From an uncultured Chloroflexia bacterium (lineage in GTDB: Bacteria; Chloroflexota; Anaerolineae; CG2-30-64-16), in contig CAWEMM010000009.1 of the NCBI GenBank assembly GCA_963810095.1, forward strand, positions 32,001-96,000: 64,000 bases of DNA, in the 5' to 3' direction. Shown here one piece after another: positions 19,262-29,200 of this stretch (position 1 is its first letter; each line of letters starts with the position of its first letter). The translations under genes and the position numbers were made by a program. A model generated the notes under the pieces. That model was not told where the DNA came from. It worked only from the letters and a program-made list of their open reading frames with translations, and made no database searches.

Positions 19262-20221
19262 ATGCTCCGATATCTCGTCCGGCGAATCCTCAGCATGATC
19301 CCCCTGCTCATCGTCGTAACGGCCTTCACCTTTATCGTGGGCCAGTACGGCGCGGGCGATTTGGCCGCCTACCTAACAGGCACGCGAGGCGATCCGGCCA
19401 AGGGGTTCGACGTCGAGCTGTATCAGAAGTTCCGCCAGGAACTGGGGATGGATGACCCCATTTTTGTACGTTACGGCCGGTGGCTCTGGAATGCCCTGCA
19501 CGGAGACCTGGGGAAGTCCTACGTGATGATGGGTGACCCTTCCGTTGCCTACCTGATCAAGAACGCGATCCCGCAATCGCTTCAGTTATGCCTGGCCGCG
19601 CTCTTTCTTGTGACAATTATCGGGGTGCCATTAGGGATACTGAGTGCGGTGTTCAGCAACACCGTGCTCGACCGGGTATTTGTCAGCGGCTCATCGGTTC
19701 TGTCATCCATCCCGTCGTTTGTCCTCGCACCCGTTGCGATCATCATCGTGGTCGTCCGGCTGCACCTGCTGCCTTCAGTTGGGGTGGGCTGGCACGGCCT
19801 CTTCGCCAAAGAAACAATCTTGCCCGCGTTCTGCCTCGCGATGGTGGGTCTTCTCAACGTCGTCCGCACGACTCGCGTCTCGATCCTCGAGGTGCTCTCG
19901 CAGGAATATGTGCGGGCCGCTCGTGCCCGCGGCTTGTCCGAGCGCCTGGTCGTCGCAAGGCATGTCGTGCGCAACGCCGCGCTCCCCATTGTCACTGTGA
20001 TTGGCATGACAGGCGCAGGGCTGCTCGGCGCAACCGTGTTCATCGAGCAAATCTTCAACATCCAGGGATTCGGGATGATGGTGAGCAAGGGGCTGCAGCG
20101 CGGCGACGTGATGACCGTTACCGGCGCAGTGCTGGTCTCCACCGTCATCGTGATGCTCTTCAGCCTGCTGGTCGACCTGTTGTACGGCGTCATCGACCCG
20201 CGCGTCCGGGTGACGAGATAA
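19262..20221 (+). CDS. ABC transporter permease (OppB/DppB type)
   Basis: MLRYLVRRIL, GDLGKSY, EYVRAARARGL EAA loop, DLLYGVIDPRV. Confidence 0.95.
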   Translation: MLRYLVRRILSMIPLLIVVTAFTFIVGQYGAGDLAAYLTGTRGDPAKGFDVELYQKFRQELGMDDPIFVRYGRWLWNALHGDLGKSYVMMGDPSVAYLIKNAIPQSLQLCLAALFLVTIIGVPLGILSAVFSNTVLDRVFVSGSSVLSSIPSFVLAPVAIIIVVVRLHLLPSVGVGWHGLFAKETILPAFCLAMVGLLNVVRTTRVSILEVLSQEYVRAARARGLSERLVVARHVVRNAALPIVTVIGMTGAGLLGATVFIEQIFNIQGFGMMVSKGLQRGDVMTVTGAVLVSTVIVMLFSLLVDLLYGVIDPRVRVTR

Positions 20222-20236
20222 TGGCGAGGTGACGCG

Positions 20237-21235
20237 GTGGACAACGCAAGTTTAGCTCCCACAGAAATCACCCCGGGCGGGGCGCCTGCTGCGTCGGGTG
20301 TGCGCCGGGCTGCAAAGTCCCGCAGCTTCTGGGACGACGCCTGGTACAAGTTCCGCCATAGCTGGGCCGGCATGGCCGGGCTGATCGTGTTCATCCTGCT
20401 CTGCCTCGCCGCCGTTTTCGCCAAGCAGCTCGCACCGTATGACTACCTGGACCAGAACTGGAAGGCCATTCTGCAGCCTCCATCCCCCGCGCACCTCATG
20501 GGCACCGACGATCTTGGCCGCGACGTTTTCAGCCGGGTGCTGATGGGTGGCCGGACCGCCCTGATGGTCGCGATGTGCATTACCCTGACGGGCGCCATCG
20601 TCGGCCTCCTTGTGGGCGCGTTCAGCGCCTTTGCAGGCGGCAAGGTAGATGCGGTCGTCGTTTGGATCATCGACGGAGTGATGACCTTCCCGAGCATCTG
20701 GCTCGCCGCATTCGTGAGCGTTGCGACCGCGCCCACACTCAAGACCTTGGCCGCGTCGCTCTACAAGAGCACCGGCTGGGAGTTCCTGAAAAACGAAGTC
20801 ATGATCAGCTATGCCGTGGTCGTGTTTGCCATCGGCATGATCAACTGGACATGGCCAGCACGGCTCGTCCGTAGCCAGGTGCTCTCGTTGCGCGAGCGCG
20901 AATTCGTCGAGGCGACGCTGGCTCTCGGCGGCTCGCCAAAGTGGATTACGATGAAGCACCTCGTCCCAAACGTGCTCGGCTCGATGATCGTGCTGGTAAC
21001 GCTCAGTTTCGGCAACGCCATGCTCTTCGAGTCTTCGCTGAGCTATCTCGGCATCGGCATCCGGCCCCCCGGCGCAAGCTGGGGTGCGATGATCTTCCAG
21101 GGCATGTCCAAAGTGCGCACCCACCCGTACCTGGTTCTGGCGCCCGGCATCACCCTGGCGGTCGTCGTCCTCGCCTTGCAGTTCATGGGGGACGCGTTGA
21201 ACGATGCACTCAACCCCAAGAGCCGGAACAAGTAG
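20237..21235 (+). CDS. ABC transporter permease (OppC/DppC type)
   Basis: HLMGTDDLGRDVFSR, REFVEATLALGG, HLVPN, SLSYLGIG, GDALNDALNP. Confidence 0.95.
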   Translation: MDNASLAPTEITPGGAPAASGVRRAAKSRSFWDDAWYKFRHSWAGMAGLIVFILLCLAAVFAKQLAPYDYLDQNWKAILQPPSPAHLMGTDDLGRDVFSRVLMGGRTALMVAMCITLTGAIVGLLVGAFSAFAGGKVDAVVVWIIDGVMTFPSIWLAAFVSVATAPTLKTLAASLYKSTGWEFLKNEVMISYAVVVFAIGMINWTWPARLVRSQVLSLREREFVEATLALGGSPKWITMKHLVPNVLGSMIVLVTLSFGNAMLFESSLSYLGIGIRPPGASWGAMIFQGMSKVRTHPYLVLAPGITLAVVVLALQFMGDALNDALNPKSRNK

Positions 21236-21245
21236 GAGGCGTGTG

Positions 21246-22283
21246 ATGATCGATTCTCAGACGCGCCTCGGTTTGCCCGGCGAGCCTTCCGCTCCCCTAC
21301 CGCGTCCGGTCCTAAGCGTAAAGGAGCTGCAGGTACAGTTCCCGACGCGCGAGGGCGTGGTTACGGCGCTCGACGGGCTCTCGATGCAGGTGATGCCCGG
21401 TGAGATCGTCGGCCTTGTGGGAGAATCGGGGTGCGGCAAATCAACCGCAGCGTTGTCGTTCATGCGCTTGATCCCCAAGCCGGGACGGATCACCGGCGGT
21501 CAAATCCTGCTCGACAGCCACGACATCGTGACTCTCAGCGAGCCGGCCATGCGCAGGCTGCGGGGACCCAGTGTGGCAATGATCTTCCAGGACGCACTCA
21601 CCGCGCTCGATCCCACGATGCCGGTCGGCAAGCAGATCGCGGAGCCACTTCAGTTGCACAAGGGCCTCTCTGCAGGCGCGGCCCGCGCTCGTGCCATCGA
21701 GCTCTTCAGCCAGGTCGGGATTCCTGAGCCAGAGCGCAGGTTCGGCCAGTACTCCCACGAATTCTCCGGCGGCATGCGACAGCGAGCGATGATTGCGGTG
21801 GCCCTGTCGTGTGGCCCGCGACTCCTTCTCGCGGACGAGCCGACCACCGCACTGGATGTCACGGTGCAGCGGCAGATCTTGCGTCTGATACGCCAGCTGC
21901 GGGACACTCTCGGTGCAGCAGTGGTCTTCATTACGCACGATGTGGGCGTCGTCGCAGAGCTGTGCACGCGTGTCATCGTGATGTACGCGGGACGGGCAGT
22001 TGAGAGCGGCTCGACCCGAAGCGTCTTCACGACTCCCGCACACCCTTACACCGCAGGCCTGCTCGGCTCTACCCTCGAGCTGACCGGCGATCGTAGCTTG
22101 CCACTTAACGCCATCCCTGGGCTTCCGCCCGAGTTGATCAACCTGCCCGCCGGCTGCGCGTTTGCGCCACGGTGTCCCCGAGCCCTCCCTCGGTGCCAGG
22201 AAGAACGGCCAGCCCTCGGGGCGGCGGGCCCCCACGCGCAGGCTGCAGAACACCAGGTCGCGTGCTGGTTGAGGGAGGCTTGA
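21246..22283 (+). CDS. ABC transporter ATP-binding protein (OppD type)
   Basis: GESGCGKS Walker A, FSGGMRQR, ADEPTTALD, HPYT and C-terminal Cys motif. Confidence 0.95.
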   Translation: MIDSQTRLGLPGEPSAPLPRPVLSVKELQVQFPTREGVVTALDGLSMQVMPGEIVGLVGESGCGKSTAALSFMRLIPKPGRITGGQILLDSHDIVTLSEPAMRRLRGPSVAMIFQDALTALDPTMPVGKQIAEPLQLHKGLSAGAARARAIELFSQVGIPEPERRFGQYSHEFSGGMRQRAMIAVALSCGPRLLLADEPTTALDVTVQRQILRLIRQLRDTLGAAVVFITHDVGVVAELCTRVIVMYAGRAVESGSTRSVFTTPAHPYTAGLLGSTLELTGDRSLPLNAIPGLPPELINLPAGCAFAPRCPRALPRCQEERPALGAAGPHAQAAEHQVACWLREA

Positions 22284-23314
22284 TGATGGTCACATCAAAT
22301 GTCCGCGGGCCCTTGCCCGGCGACGATCTGATCGTCAGCGTGCGGGGCCTGAAGACCTATTATCCCGGCCCTCACAGGAACGGGTGGCCCTGGTCGGGAA
22401 GACTGCCGGTGAAAGCAGTCGACGACGTGAGCCTGGATATCCGCCGCGGCCGGACGCTCGGGCTCGTGGGCGAGTCGGGCTGCGGAAAAACGACGGTCGG
22501 ACGCTCGCTGCTCCAGCTGGTTCGGCCCACTGCAGGCGAGGTCTTCTTCGAGGGACAGGATCTGTGCAAGCTCAAGAACGAGGAGTTGCATCCCCTCCGC
22601 AAGCACATGCAGATTATCTTCCAGGACCCCTACGCGTCCCTCGACGCGCGCTGTACCATCGGCTTCACCATCAGCGAGGGGCTGCTGATCCATAAGTTGG
22701 TGACCCAAGCGGAGCTGCGGGACCGTGTGGCCGAGTTGATGGTGACAGTCGGGCTAAACCCTGCCTTCGAGAACCGCTACCCGCACGAGTTCAGCGGGGG
22801 CCAGCGCCAGAGGGTGGGGATTGCCCGGGCGCTTGCAACCGGCCCGACCTTCATCGTCGGCGATGAACCCATTTCCGCGCTCGACGTATCGATCCAGGCG
22901 CAGATCATTAACCTGCTGCGGACGCTGCGCGACCGGTTGAACCTGACCATGCTGTTCATCTCGCACGACCTGCGCGCGGTCCGCTACTTGAGCGACAACA
23001 TCGCGGTCATGTATCTGGGTAAGGTGGTTGAGCTGGCGGCCACCGATAGCCTGTTCGCGACCCCGCTCCATCCCTACACGCAGGCTCTACTGGGTTCCGT
23101 GCCGACGCCGAGTTGGAGCGGCTCTGAGGTTGAGGCCGTCTCGCTCTCGGGCGACGTGCCCAGCCCGATCAATCCGCCGCGCGGCTGCTATTTCTCGACG
23201 CGGTGCCCGCGCGTCATGCCCAAGTGCCGCGAAACCCAGCCGGCCCTGGTTGAGGCCCAGCCGGGCCACAAGGTTGCCTGCTTCCTCGTCAGCGACGCGG
23301 CGAGCCCGATATGA
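22283..23314 (+). CDS. ABC transporter ATP-binding protein (OppF type)
   Basis: [45 protein letters not shown]. Confidence 0.95.
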   Translation: MMVTSNVRGPLPGDDLIVSVRGLKTYYPGPHRNGWPWSGRLPVKAVDDVSLDIRRGRTLGLVGESGCGKTTVGRSLLQLVRPTAGEVFFEGQDLCKLKNEELHPLRKHMQIIFQDPYASLDARCTIGFTISEGLLIHKLVTQAELRDRVAELMVTVGLNPAFENRYPHEFSGGQRQRVGIARALATGPTFIVGDEPISALDVSIQAQIINLLRTLRDRLNLTMLFISHDLRAVRYLSDNIAVMYLGKVVELAATDSLFATPLHPYTQALLGSVPTPSWSGSEVEAVSLSGDVPSPINPPRGCYFSTRCPRVMPKCRETQPALVEAQPGHKVACFLVSDAASPI

Positions 23315-26148
23315 CAAGCGCCGGCGTGGGTAAGCCCAGCATTGTCGACCTGCGCTTCGAGCACCGGCGCGAGGCCCTCGGGATCGGCGTCGACCGTCCG
23401 CGGCTCTCTTGGGAGGTTGCGGACGCGGCTCAGGGTTGGCAGCAGGCTGCGTACGAGGTTCATGCGTGGGCTCTCGGCGGGGAGGTGTGCGGCGAGACAG
23501 GCCGGATCGAATCGGAGGATTCGGTGTTGGCGCCCTGGCCGTTCGCACCACTTCGCTCGCGCGAACGGCTTGAAGTGCGCGTGCGTGCCTGGGGCATGGA
23601 CGGCGAGCCCTCGGAGTGGAGCGAGCGCTATCCGGTCGAAGCCGGCCTGCTCGATGCGGGGGACTGGAGCGCCTCTTTTGTGACGCCGGGCTGGGATGAA
23701 GACACAAGCAACCCCCAGCCGGGCCCGTTGCTCCGCAAGGAGTTCCCGGTCGGGATGGGCGTGAAGCGGGCCCGGCTCTACGTCACCGCGCTGGGTGTTT
23801 TCGAGGCGCTGATCAACGGCGTGATAGTGGGCGATCACGTCATGGATCCGGGCTGGACCAGCTACCATCGCAGGCTCCGCTATCAAACCTTCGACGTGAC
23901 CGGGTTCCTGCATGAGGGCGTGAACGCAATCGGTGCGATGCTCGGCGACGGCTGGTATCGGGGGCGGTTGGGTTGGGATGGCGGCCGGCGCAACTGCTAC
24001 GGCGACCGCCTCGGGCTGCTCGCGCAACTGGAAATCACGTACTCGGACGGCGCGGTGCAGCGGGTGGTGACGGACGAGAGCTGGCGGTCCGCCGCGGGCC
24101 CCGTGGTCTGCAGCGACATCTACGACGGCGAGACGTACGACGCCCGCTGCGAGCGGCCCGGCTGGTGCAATGCGGGCCACGACGACGGCGAGTGGTCAAG
24201 CGTATCCTCCCTCGAACGGGACCTTCGCACGCTGGTCGCTCCCGTGGGACCGCCTGTGCGCGGCGTCGAGACGCTGTCTCCGGCGGCGATCACCACCTCC
24301 CCTTCCGGCAAGACCATCGTCGACTTCGGCCAGAACATTGTCGGCCGCGTCCGGCTCACCGTGTCGGGAGAGGCCGGGCAGACGGTTAGGATCCGCCATG
24401 CCGAAGTGCTCGAAGACGGCGAGTTGTGCACCAGGCCGCTGCGTACCGCCAAAGCCACCGACTGTTACATCTTGCGAGGCGGCGGGCAGGAAACCTGGAA
24501 CCCGCGCTTCACTTTCCACGGCTTCCGTTACGTCGAGGTCGAAGGATGGCCCGGTGTCCTGGCGGCTGTGGATATTTGCGCGGTCGTCTGCCACTCAGAC
24601 ATGGAGCGAACCGGCTGGTTCGAATGCTCAGAGCCTCTCTACAACCGCTTCTATGAGAACACGGTGTGGAGCATGCGCGGTAATTTCTTCGACGTGCCCA
24701 CCGACTGCCCTCAGCGCGACGAGAGGCTCGGCTGGACGGGCGACATCCAGCTTTTCTCGCCTGCCGCGTGCTTCCTCTACGACAGCGCCGGCTTCCTGGC
24801 TTCCTGGTTGGCCGACCTGGCGGCGGATCAGGGCGCGGACGGCGCGGTGCCGTTTGTCGTGCCGAATATCCTCATGGATCCGCCCGTTGGGGCCGCCGGC
24901 TGGGGCGACGCGGCCGTAGTTGTCCCCTGGACCCTGTACGAAAGGTTCGGCGACGCCAGGATTCTTGCGAGCCAGTACGATAGCATGGCTGCGTGGGTGG
25001 ACCACGTGGCGCGACTGAGCGGCGCGGCGCGGCTGTGGGACCGCAGCTTTCAGTTCGGCGACTGGCTCGACCCCGCCGCGCCACCGGACGACCCCGCCGC
25101 GGCGCGCACAGACCCGTGCCTCATCGCCACGGCCTACTTTGCCCGCTCTGCCGGGATCGTCGCGCGCGCCGCCGCCGCGCTCGGTCGGGACGCGGAAGCA
25201 GCGCGTTACCAAACCCTGGCCTCAGAGGTGCGGGAAGCCTTTGCACACCAGTTCGTCACCCCGGCAGGCCGGCTGCTCAGCGATACGCCCACCGCCTATG
25301 CACTCGCGATCCAGTTTGACCTGCTGCCCGGCGCTGAACAGCGCGCACAAGCCGGCGAGCGCCTGGCTGACTTGGTCCATGCGAGTGGCTACCGGATCAG
25401 CACCGGACTGCTAGGGACGCCGGCGATCTGCGACGCCCTCTGCGCGGCGGGGCAGCATGAGACCGCGCTCCACCTGTTCGATGCACGGAGATGCCCGTCC
25501 TGGCTCTATCCCGTCACCATGGGCGCGACCACGATCTGGGAACGCTGGGATAGCCTGCGTCCCGACGGCTCCGTTAATCCGGGGGCTATGACGTCGTTCA
25601 ACCACTACGCACTAGGCTCGGTCGCGGACTGGCTGTTTCGAACTGTGGGCGGCCTTGGACCGGCCGAGCCGGGGTACCATCGGCTGACCATCCAACCGAG
25701 GCCCCCCCGCAACCTCACTTATGCGGCCGTGCGGCACCGCACCCCTTACGGCATGGCCGGGTGCAAGTGGCGGATTGAGGGTGAGTGCATCGCCGTCGAC
25801 GTCCTCGTCCCGGCAAACACGACCGCCACAGTGAGTCTCCCAGGACGTGAGCTGAACACGATGGAGGTCGGTTCCGGCGTACATCACTGGCGTTACCCCT
25901 ATGTCAGGCCTGAGAGACGCCCCGCGCCCTTACTCGACAGCCCGCTCGACGACCTCTACGCCGACCCGCCGTCCTGGCACGCGGTGCTGGTGTGCTTGCT
26001 AACCTACGCGCCGGGGCTCATGGGACAGGTTGTCACGACCCAGCGTGCGAATGGCGGCATTTCTCTGCGGCAGATCTTGTCCTCGGCGCCCAACCGGACC
26101 GAAATCGGCGCGGCGCTTCTCCACCAACTCGAAGGCCTCGGGGAGTAG
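23311..26148 (+). CDS. Alpha-L-rhamnosidase (GH78)
   Basis: PRLSW, PGWTSY, DFGQN, FTFHGFRY, PTDCPQRDERLGWTGD, GATTIWERWD, SFNHYALG. Confidence 0.95.
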   Translation: MTSAGVGKPSIVDLRFEHRREALGIGVDRPRLSWEVADAAQGWQQAAYEVHAWALGGEVCGETGRIESEDSVLAPWPFAPLRSRERLEVRVRAWGMDGEPSEWSERYPVEAGLLDAGDWSASFVTPGWDEDTSNPQPGPLLRKEFPVGMGVKRARLYVTALGVFEALINGVIVGDHVMDPGWTSYHRRLRYQTFDVTGFLHEGVNAIGAMLGDGWYRGRLGWDGGRRNCYGDRLGLLAQLEITYSDGAVQRVVTDESWRSAAGPVVCSDIYDGETYDARCERPGWCNAGHDDGEWSSVSSLERDLRTLVAPVGPPVRGVETLSPAAITTSPSGKTIVDFGQNIVGRVRLTVSGEAGQTVRIRHAEVLEDGELCTRPLRTAKATDCYILRGGGQETWNPRFTFHGFRYVEVEGWPGVLAAVDICAVVCHSDMERTGWFECSEPLYNRFYENTVWSMRGNFFDVPTDCPQRDERLGWTGDIQLFSPAACFLYDSAGFLASWLADLAADQGADGAVPFVVPNILMDPPVGAAGWGDAAVVVPWTLYERFGDARILASQYDSMAAWVDHVARLSGAARLWDRSFQFGDWLDPAAPPDDPAAARTDPCLIATAYFARSAGIVARAAAALGRDAEAARYQTLASEVREAFAHQFVTPAGRLLSDTPTAYALAIQFDLLPGAEQRAQAGERLADLVHASGYRISTGLLGTPAICDALCAAGQHETALHLFDARRCPSWLYPVTMGATTIWERWDSLRPDGSVNPGAMTSFNHYALGSVADWLFRTVGGLGPAEPGYHRLTIQPRPPRNLTYAAVRHRTPYGMAGCKWRIEGECIAVDVLVPANTTATVSLPGRELNTMEVGSGVHHWRYPYVRPERRPAPLLDSPLDDLYADPPSWHAVLVCLLTYAPGLMGQVVTTQRANGGISLRQILSSAPNRTEIGAALLHQLEGLGE

Positions 26149-26149
26149 C

Positions 26150-29100
26150 ATGAACAGCGAGCAATTTCGTGACCCCGCGCAGGAGTACCGGGAGATTCCC
26201 TTCTGGTCGTGGAATGACCGGCTTGATGCGGGCGAGCTTCGCCGGCAGGTCAGGCTGATCAAGGAGGGCGGTTGGGGAGGCTTCTTCATGCATTCGCGTG
26301 CGGGCCTGCTCACGCCGTACATGGGCCCTGAATGGCTGGCCAGCGTTCGCATCGCCGTCGAAGAAGCCCGCTCGTGCGGGCTGCAGGCTTGGCTCTACGA
26401 CGAAGACAAGTGGCCCAGCGGCTATGCGGGCGGCGCGGGCATCGCCAGCAACCCCGAGCATCGCGCCAGGCAGCTGGTGTGCAAAGTCGACGCCCGTCCA
26501 AATCTGCTTGCCGAGCGTATCGCCACCTTTCGCGCCCGCGAAGTCGGCGGAATTCTGGTAGATATCTGCCCTGACCCTGCACCGCAGCTGACCCGGCCAG
26601 AGGACAGGCTCATCCAATTCTATCCCACTGCCATGGCGCTGGGGAACCAGATCTTCAATGACTATACCTACGTCGACCTGCTCAACGCCGGTGCGGTCGC
26701 TACTTTTCTCGATTCGACGCATGCGGTCTACGAAGCTGCAATAGGCGACGAGTTCGGGGGCGTGGTTCCGGGCGTCTTCACCGACGAGCCCTGCTTCCAG
26801 TTCCACCACTATACCTACGGTGAGTTCGGCTACCAGGCAGATGACCTGACCGTGCCCTGGACAGGCGACCTTCTCGAGTTCTTTTGTGCCGCAAACGGAT
26901 ACGACCTGCTGCCCCATTTGCCGTCGCTGTTCTTCGACACGGGTGACACCCACAAGGTCCGCTACGATTTCTACCGCACCGTCACCCGCATGTTCGTCGA
27001 GCGGTTCACCAAGCAGGTATACCGGTGGTGCGAGGCCCACGGCTTGCAATTCGCGGGCCATTTTATGGGCGAGGACACCCTGCTCTGGCAGATCCCGTGG
27101 GTCGGGGCTGTCATGCCCCACCTTGCCTCAATGCACATCCCCGGCGTCGACAAGCTCGGCCGCAGCGTCAACGACTTCGACGCCGGCATGGTGCTGACTG
27201 TCAAGCAGGTGGACAGCGTTGCGTGCCAGACGGGGAAACCGCGCACCCTCTGCGAAAATTACGGCTGTTCCGGCCAGGACTTCAGTCACGCCGGCCGCAA
27301 GTGGATCGGCGACTGGGCCTACGTCCTGGGCGCTAACCTGAACAACCCGCACATGGCCCTCTACAGCATGGCCGGCGAGCGTAAGCGGGATTGCCCGCCC
27401 AACCTCTTCTTTCAGCAACCCTGGTGGCCGGAAAACCGGTTGATTTCGGACTACTTCAGCCGGCTGAGCTACGCGCTCACTCAGGGCCAGCGCCAGGTCG
27501 ACATCCTGGTGATCCACCCCGTTGCAAGCGCGTGGGCCGTCTTCCGCCCCGGCGCTTCGGGCGAAGTGGTCCGGCTGGACCTCGGTCTGAACGACCTGCT
27601 GCTGTGCCTGATGCGATCCCAACGCGACTTCCACCTTGGAGACGAGATGCTGATGGAGCCCGGCGAGCCATGCGAAGCCCGAGTCCTGCTGGGCGCAGAG
27701 GGACCGCGACTTATGGTGGGCCAGGCTTCCTACCCGGTTGTGATCGTGCCTCCGGCGATCACCTTGTCCCGCAACACCGTGACATTGCTTCACGAGTTCG
27801 CGGCTGCCGGAGGCAGCGTGCTTGCCATCCAGCCCCTCCCGACTCGTATCGACGGCGAAGATTCCGGCCCGGTGCTGCCCGCCGGAACGCGCATCGTCTC
27901 CTGCGCGGCTGTGCCGGCTGCTCTGGACGATTGCCTCCCCTTCGACGTCAGAGTGGAGGGCCGTCCAACGATTTGGGCACATCACCGGAAATCAGGCAAA
28001 GCCGACGTCTATTTCCTCGCCAACATCGACCCCGACCAGGGGTGCGATGCGGCTGTCCAGGTGCGATCGAACGGCCGAGTGGAACGTTGGGATCCGACGA
28101 CCGGCGCCGTGACTGCGATGCTTGCGGATACGAAAGACGGGATCATGACGGTCGATCTCGCATTCCCGCCAGCGGGCTCGCACCTGATCGTCGTCCACCC
28201 CGGCGAACTTCCGCTAACCGACCGCATCCCACGACAACTGGAGGGCCATGCCATCGCGCTCGACGATGACTGGGTCATTTCGTCCTGCAGTCAGAACGCG
28301 CTTCTTCTTGACACGGCGAGCATCGAGATGGAGGGCATGACTCCGTCCGCACCGCTACCGGTGCTCGATGCGCACGGTGTGGCCTGCCGCGCGGGTCCGG
28401 GCGCCCATTTCCGCCTTCGGTTCCGGTTCAAAGTCGGCGAGCCGGTGCGAACGCCGCTTACGCTCGTCATGGAGCACCCCGAGCAATTCAGGACTTGGCT
28501 CAACGGGCGCGAAATCGAGTGGCCAACGGACGCATGCTGGTGGATCGACCCTGCGTTCCGGCAGACAGATATCACGGGGGCAGTGGTGACGGGCGCCAAC
28601 GAAGTCCTCGTCAGTGGCGTGATGACCCGTGCGACTGAGCTGGAGGCCATCTACATCACAGGGGCTTTCGGCGTCACGTCGCAGTGGATCTGCCGTGAAG
28701 ACGAGCTCGCGGGCCAGGCGTTCGACCGCTATGCCCCTGACTTCCGGCTTTGCACCTTACCGGCGACCGCCGGCCGCAGCGGGCCGTTCCACCCCCTGCG
28801 CTACGATCTGACGGCGGCCGGCTTTCCTTTCTTTGCCGGCCGTATCAAGCTGACGCGCCAGGTGGACCTTGCGATTGTTCCGCCTGGCCTGACCCTGGAG
28901 ATTCGTGGGCTACGGGCTGCGCTGGCAAACGTCAGCGTGAACGGCAAACTCGCCGGCACGTCGGCCTGGCCGCCGCATCGCGTCCCGATTGCGGCACTGG
29001 CACGGCCCGGGCGGAACGAGATCGAGCTCGAGCTCGTGGGGACGCTCCGGAACCTGCTCGGGCCGCACCATCTTGCCGGCGGGGATCCGAACCGGACGAA

Positions 29101-29188
29101 TCCCGAGCAGTTCCGGGACAAGACCCATTGGACGGCTGACTACCTGCTGACCCCCTTTGGGTTCGAGCAGGTCCGGCTGTGCTGGTAG
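26150..29188 (+). CDS. GH106-like glycoside hydrolase
   Basis: PFWSWN, GGFFMHSRAGL, AWLYDEDKWPSG, GVFTDEP, HIPGVD, GERKRDCPP. Confidence 0.85.
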   Translation: MNSEQFRDPAQEYREIPFWSWNDRLDAGELRRQVRLIKEGGWGGFFMHSRAGLLTPYMGPEWLASVRIAVEEARSCGLQAWLYDEDKWPSGYAGGAGIASNPEHRARQLVCKVDARPNLLAERIATFRAREVGGILVDICPDPAPQLTRPEDRLIQFYPTAMALGNQIFNDYTYVDLLNAGAVATFLDSTHAVYEAAIGDEFGGVVPGVFTDEPCFQFHHYTYGEFGYQADDLTVPWTGDLLEFFCAANGYDLLPHLPSLFFDTGDTHKVRYDFYRTVTRMFVERFTKQVYRWCEAHGLQFAGHFMGEDTLLWQIPWVGAVMPHLASMHIPGVDKLGRSVNDFDAGMVLTVKQVDSVACQTGKPRTLCENYGCSGQDFSHAGRKWIGDWAYVLGANLNNPHMALYSMAGERKRDCPPNLFFQQPWWPENRLISDYFSRLSYALTQGQRQVDILVIHPVASAWAVFRPGASGEVVRLDLGLNDLLLCLMRSQRDFHLGDEMLMEPGEPCEARVLLGAEGPRLMVGQASYPVVIVPPAITLSRNTVTLLHEFAAAGGSVLAIQPLPTRIDGEDSGPVLPAGTRIVSCAAVPAALDDCLPFDVRVEGRPTIWAHHRKSGKADVYFLANIDPDQGCDAAVQVRSNGRVERWDPTTGAVTAMLADTKDGIMTVDLAFPPAGSHLIVVHPGELPLTDRIPRQLEGHAIALDDDWVISSCSQNALLLDTASIEMEGMTPSAPLPVLDAHGVACRAGPGAHFRLRFRFKVGEPVRTPLTLVMEHPEQFRTWLNGREIEWPTDACWWIDPAFRQTDITGAVVTGANEVLVSGVMTRATELEAIYITGAFGVTSQWICREDELAGQAFDRYAPDFRLCTLPATAGRSGPFHPLRYDLTAAGFPFFAGRIKLTRQVDLAIVPPGLTLEIRGLRAALANVSVNGKLAGTSAWPPHRVPIAALARPGRNEIELELVGTLRNLLGPHHLAGGDPNRTNPEQFRDKTHWTADYLLTPFGFEQVRLCW

Positions 29189-29200
29189 CCGGAGGCGGCG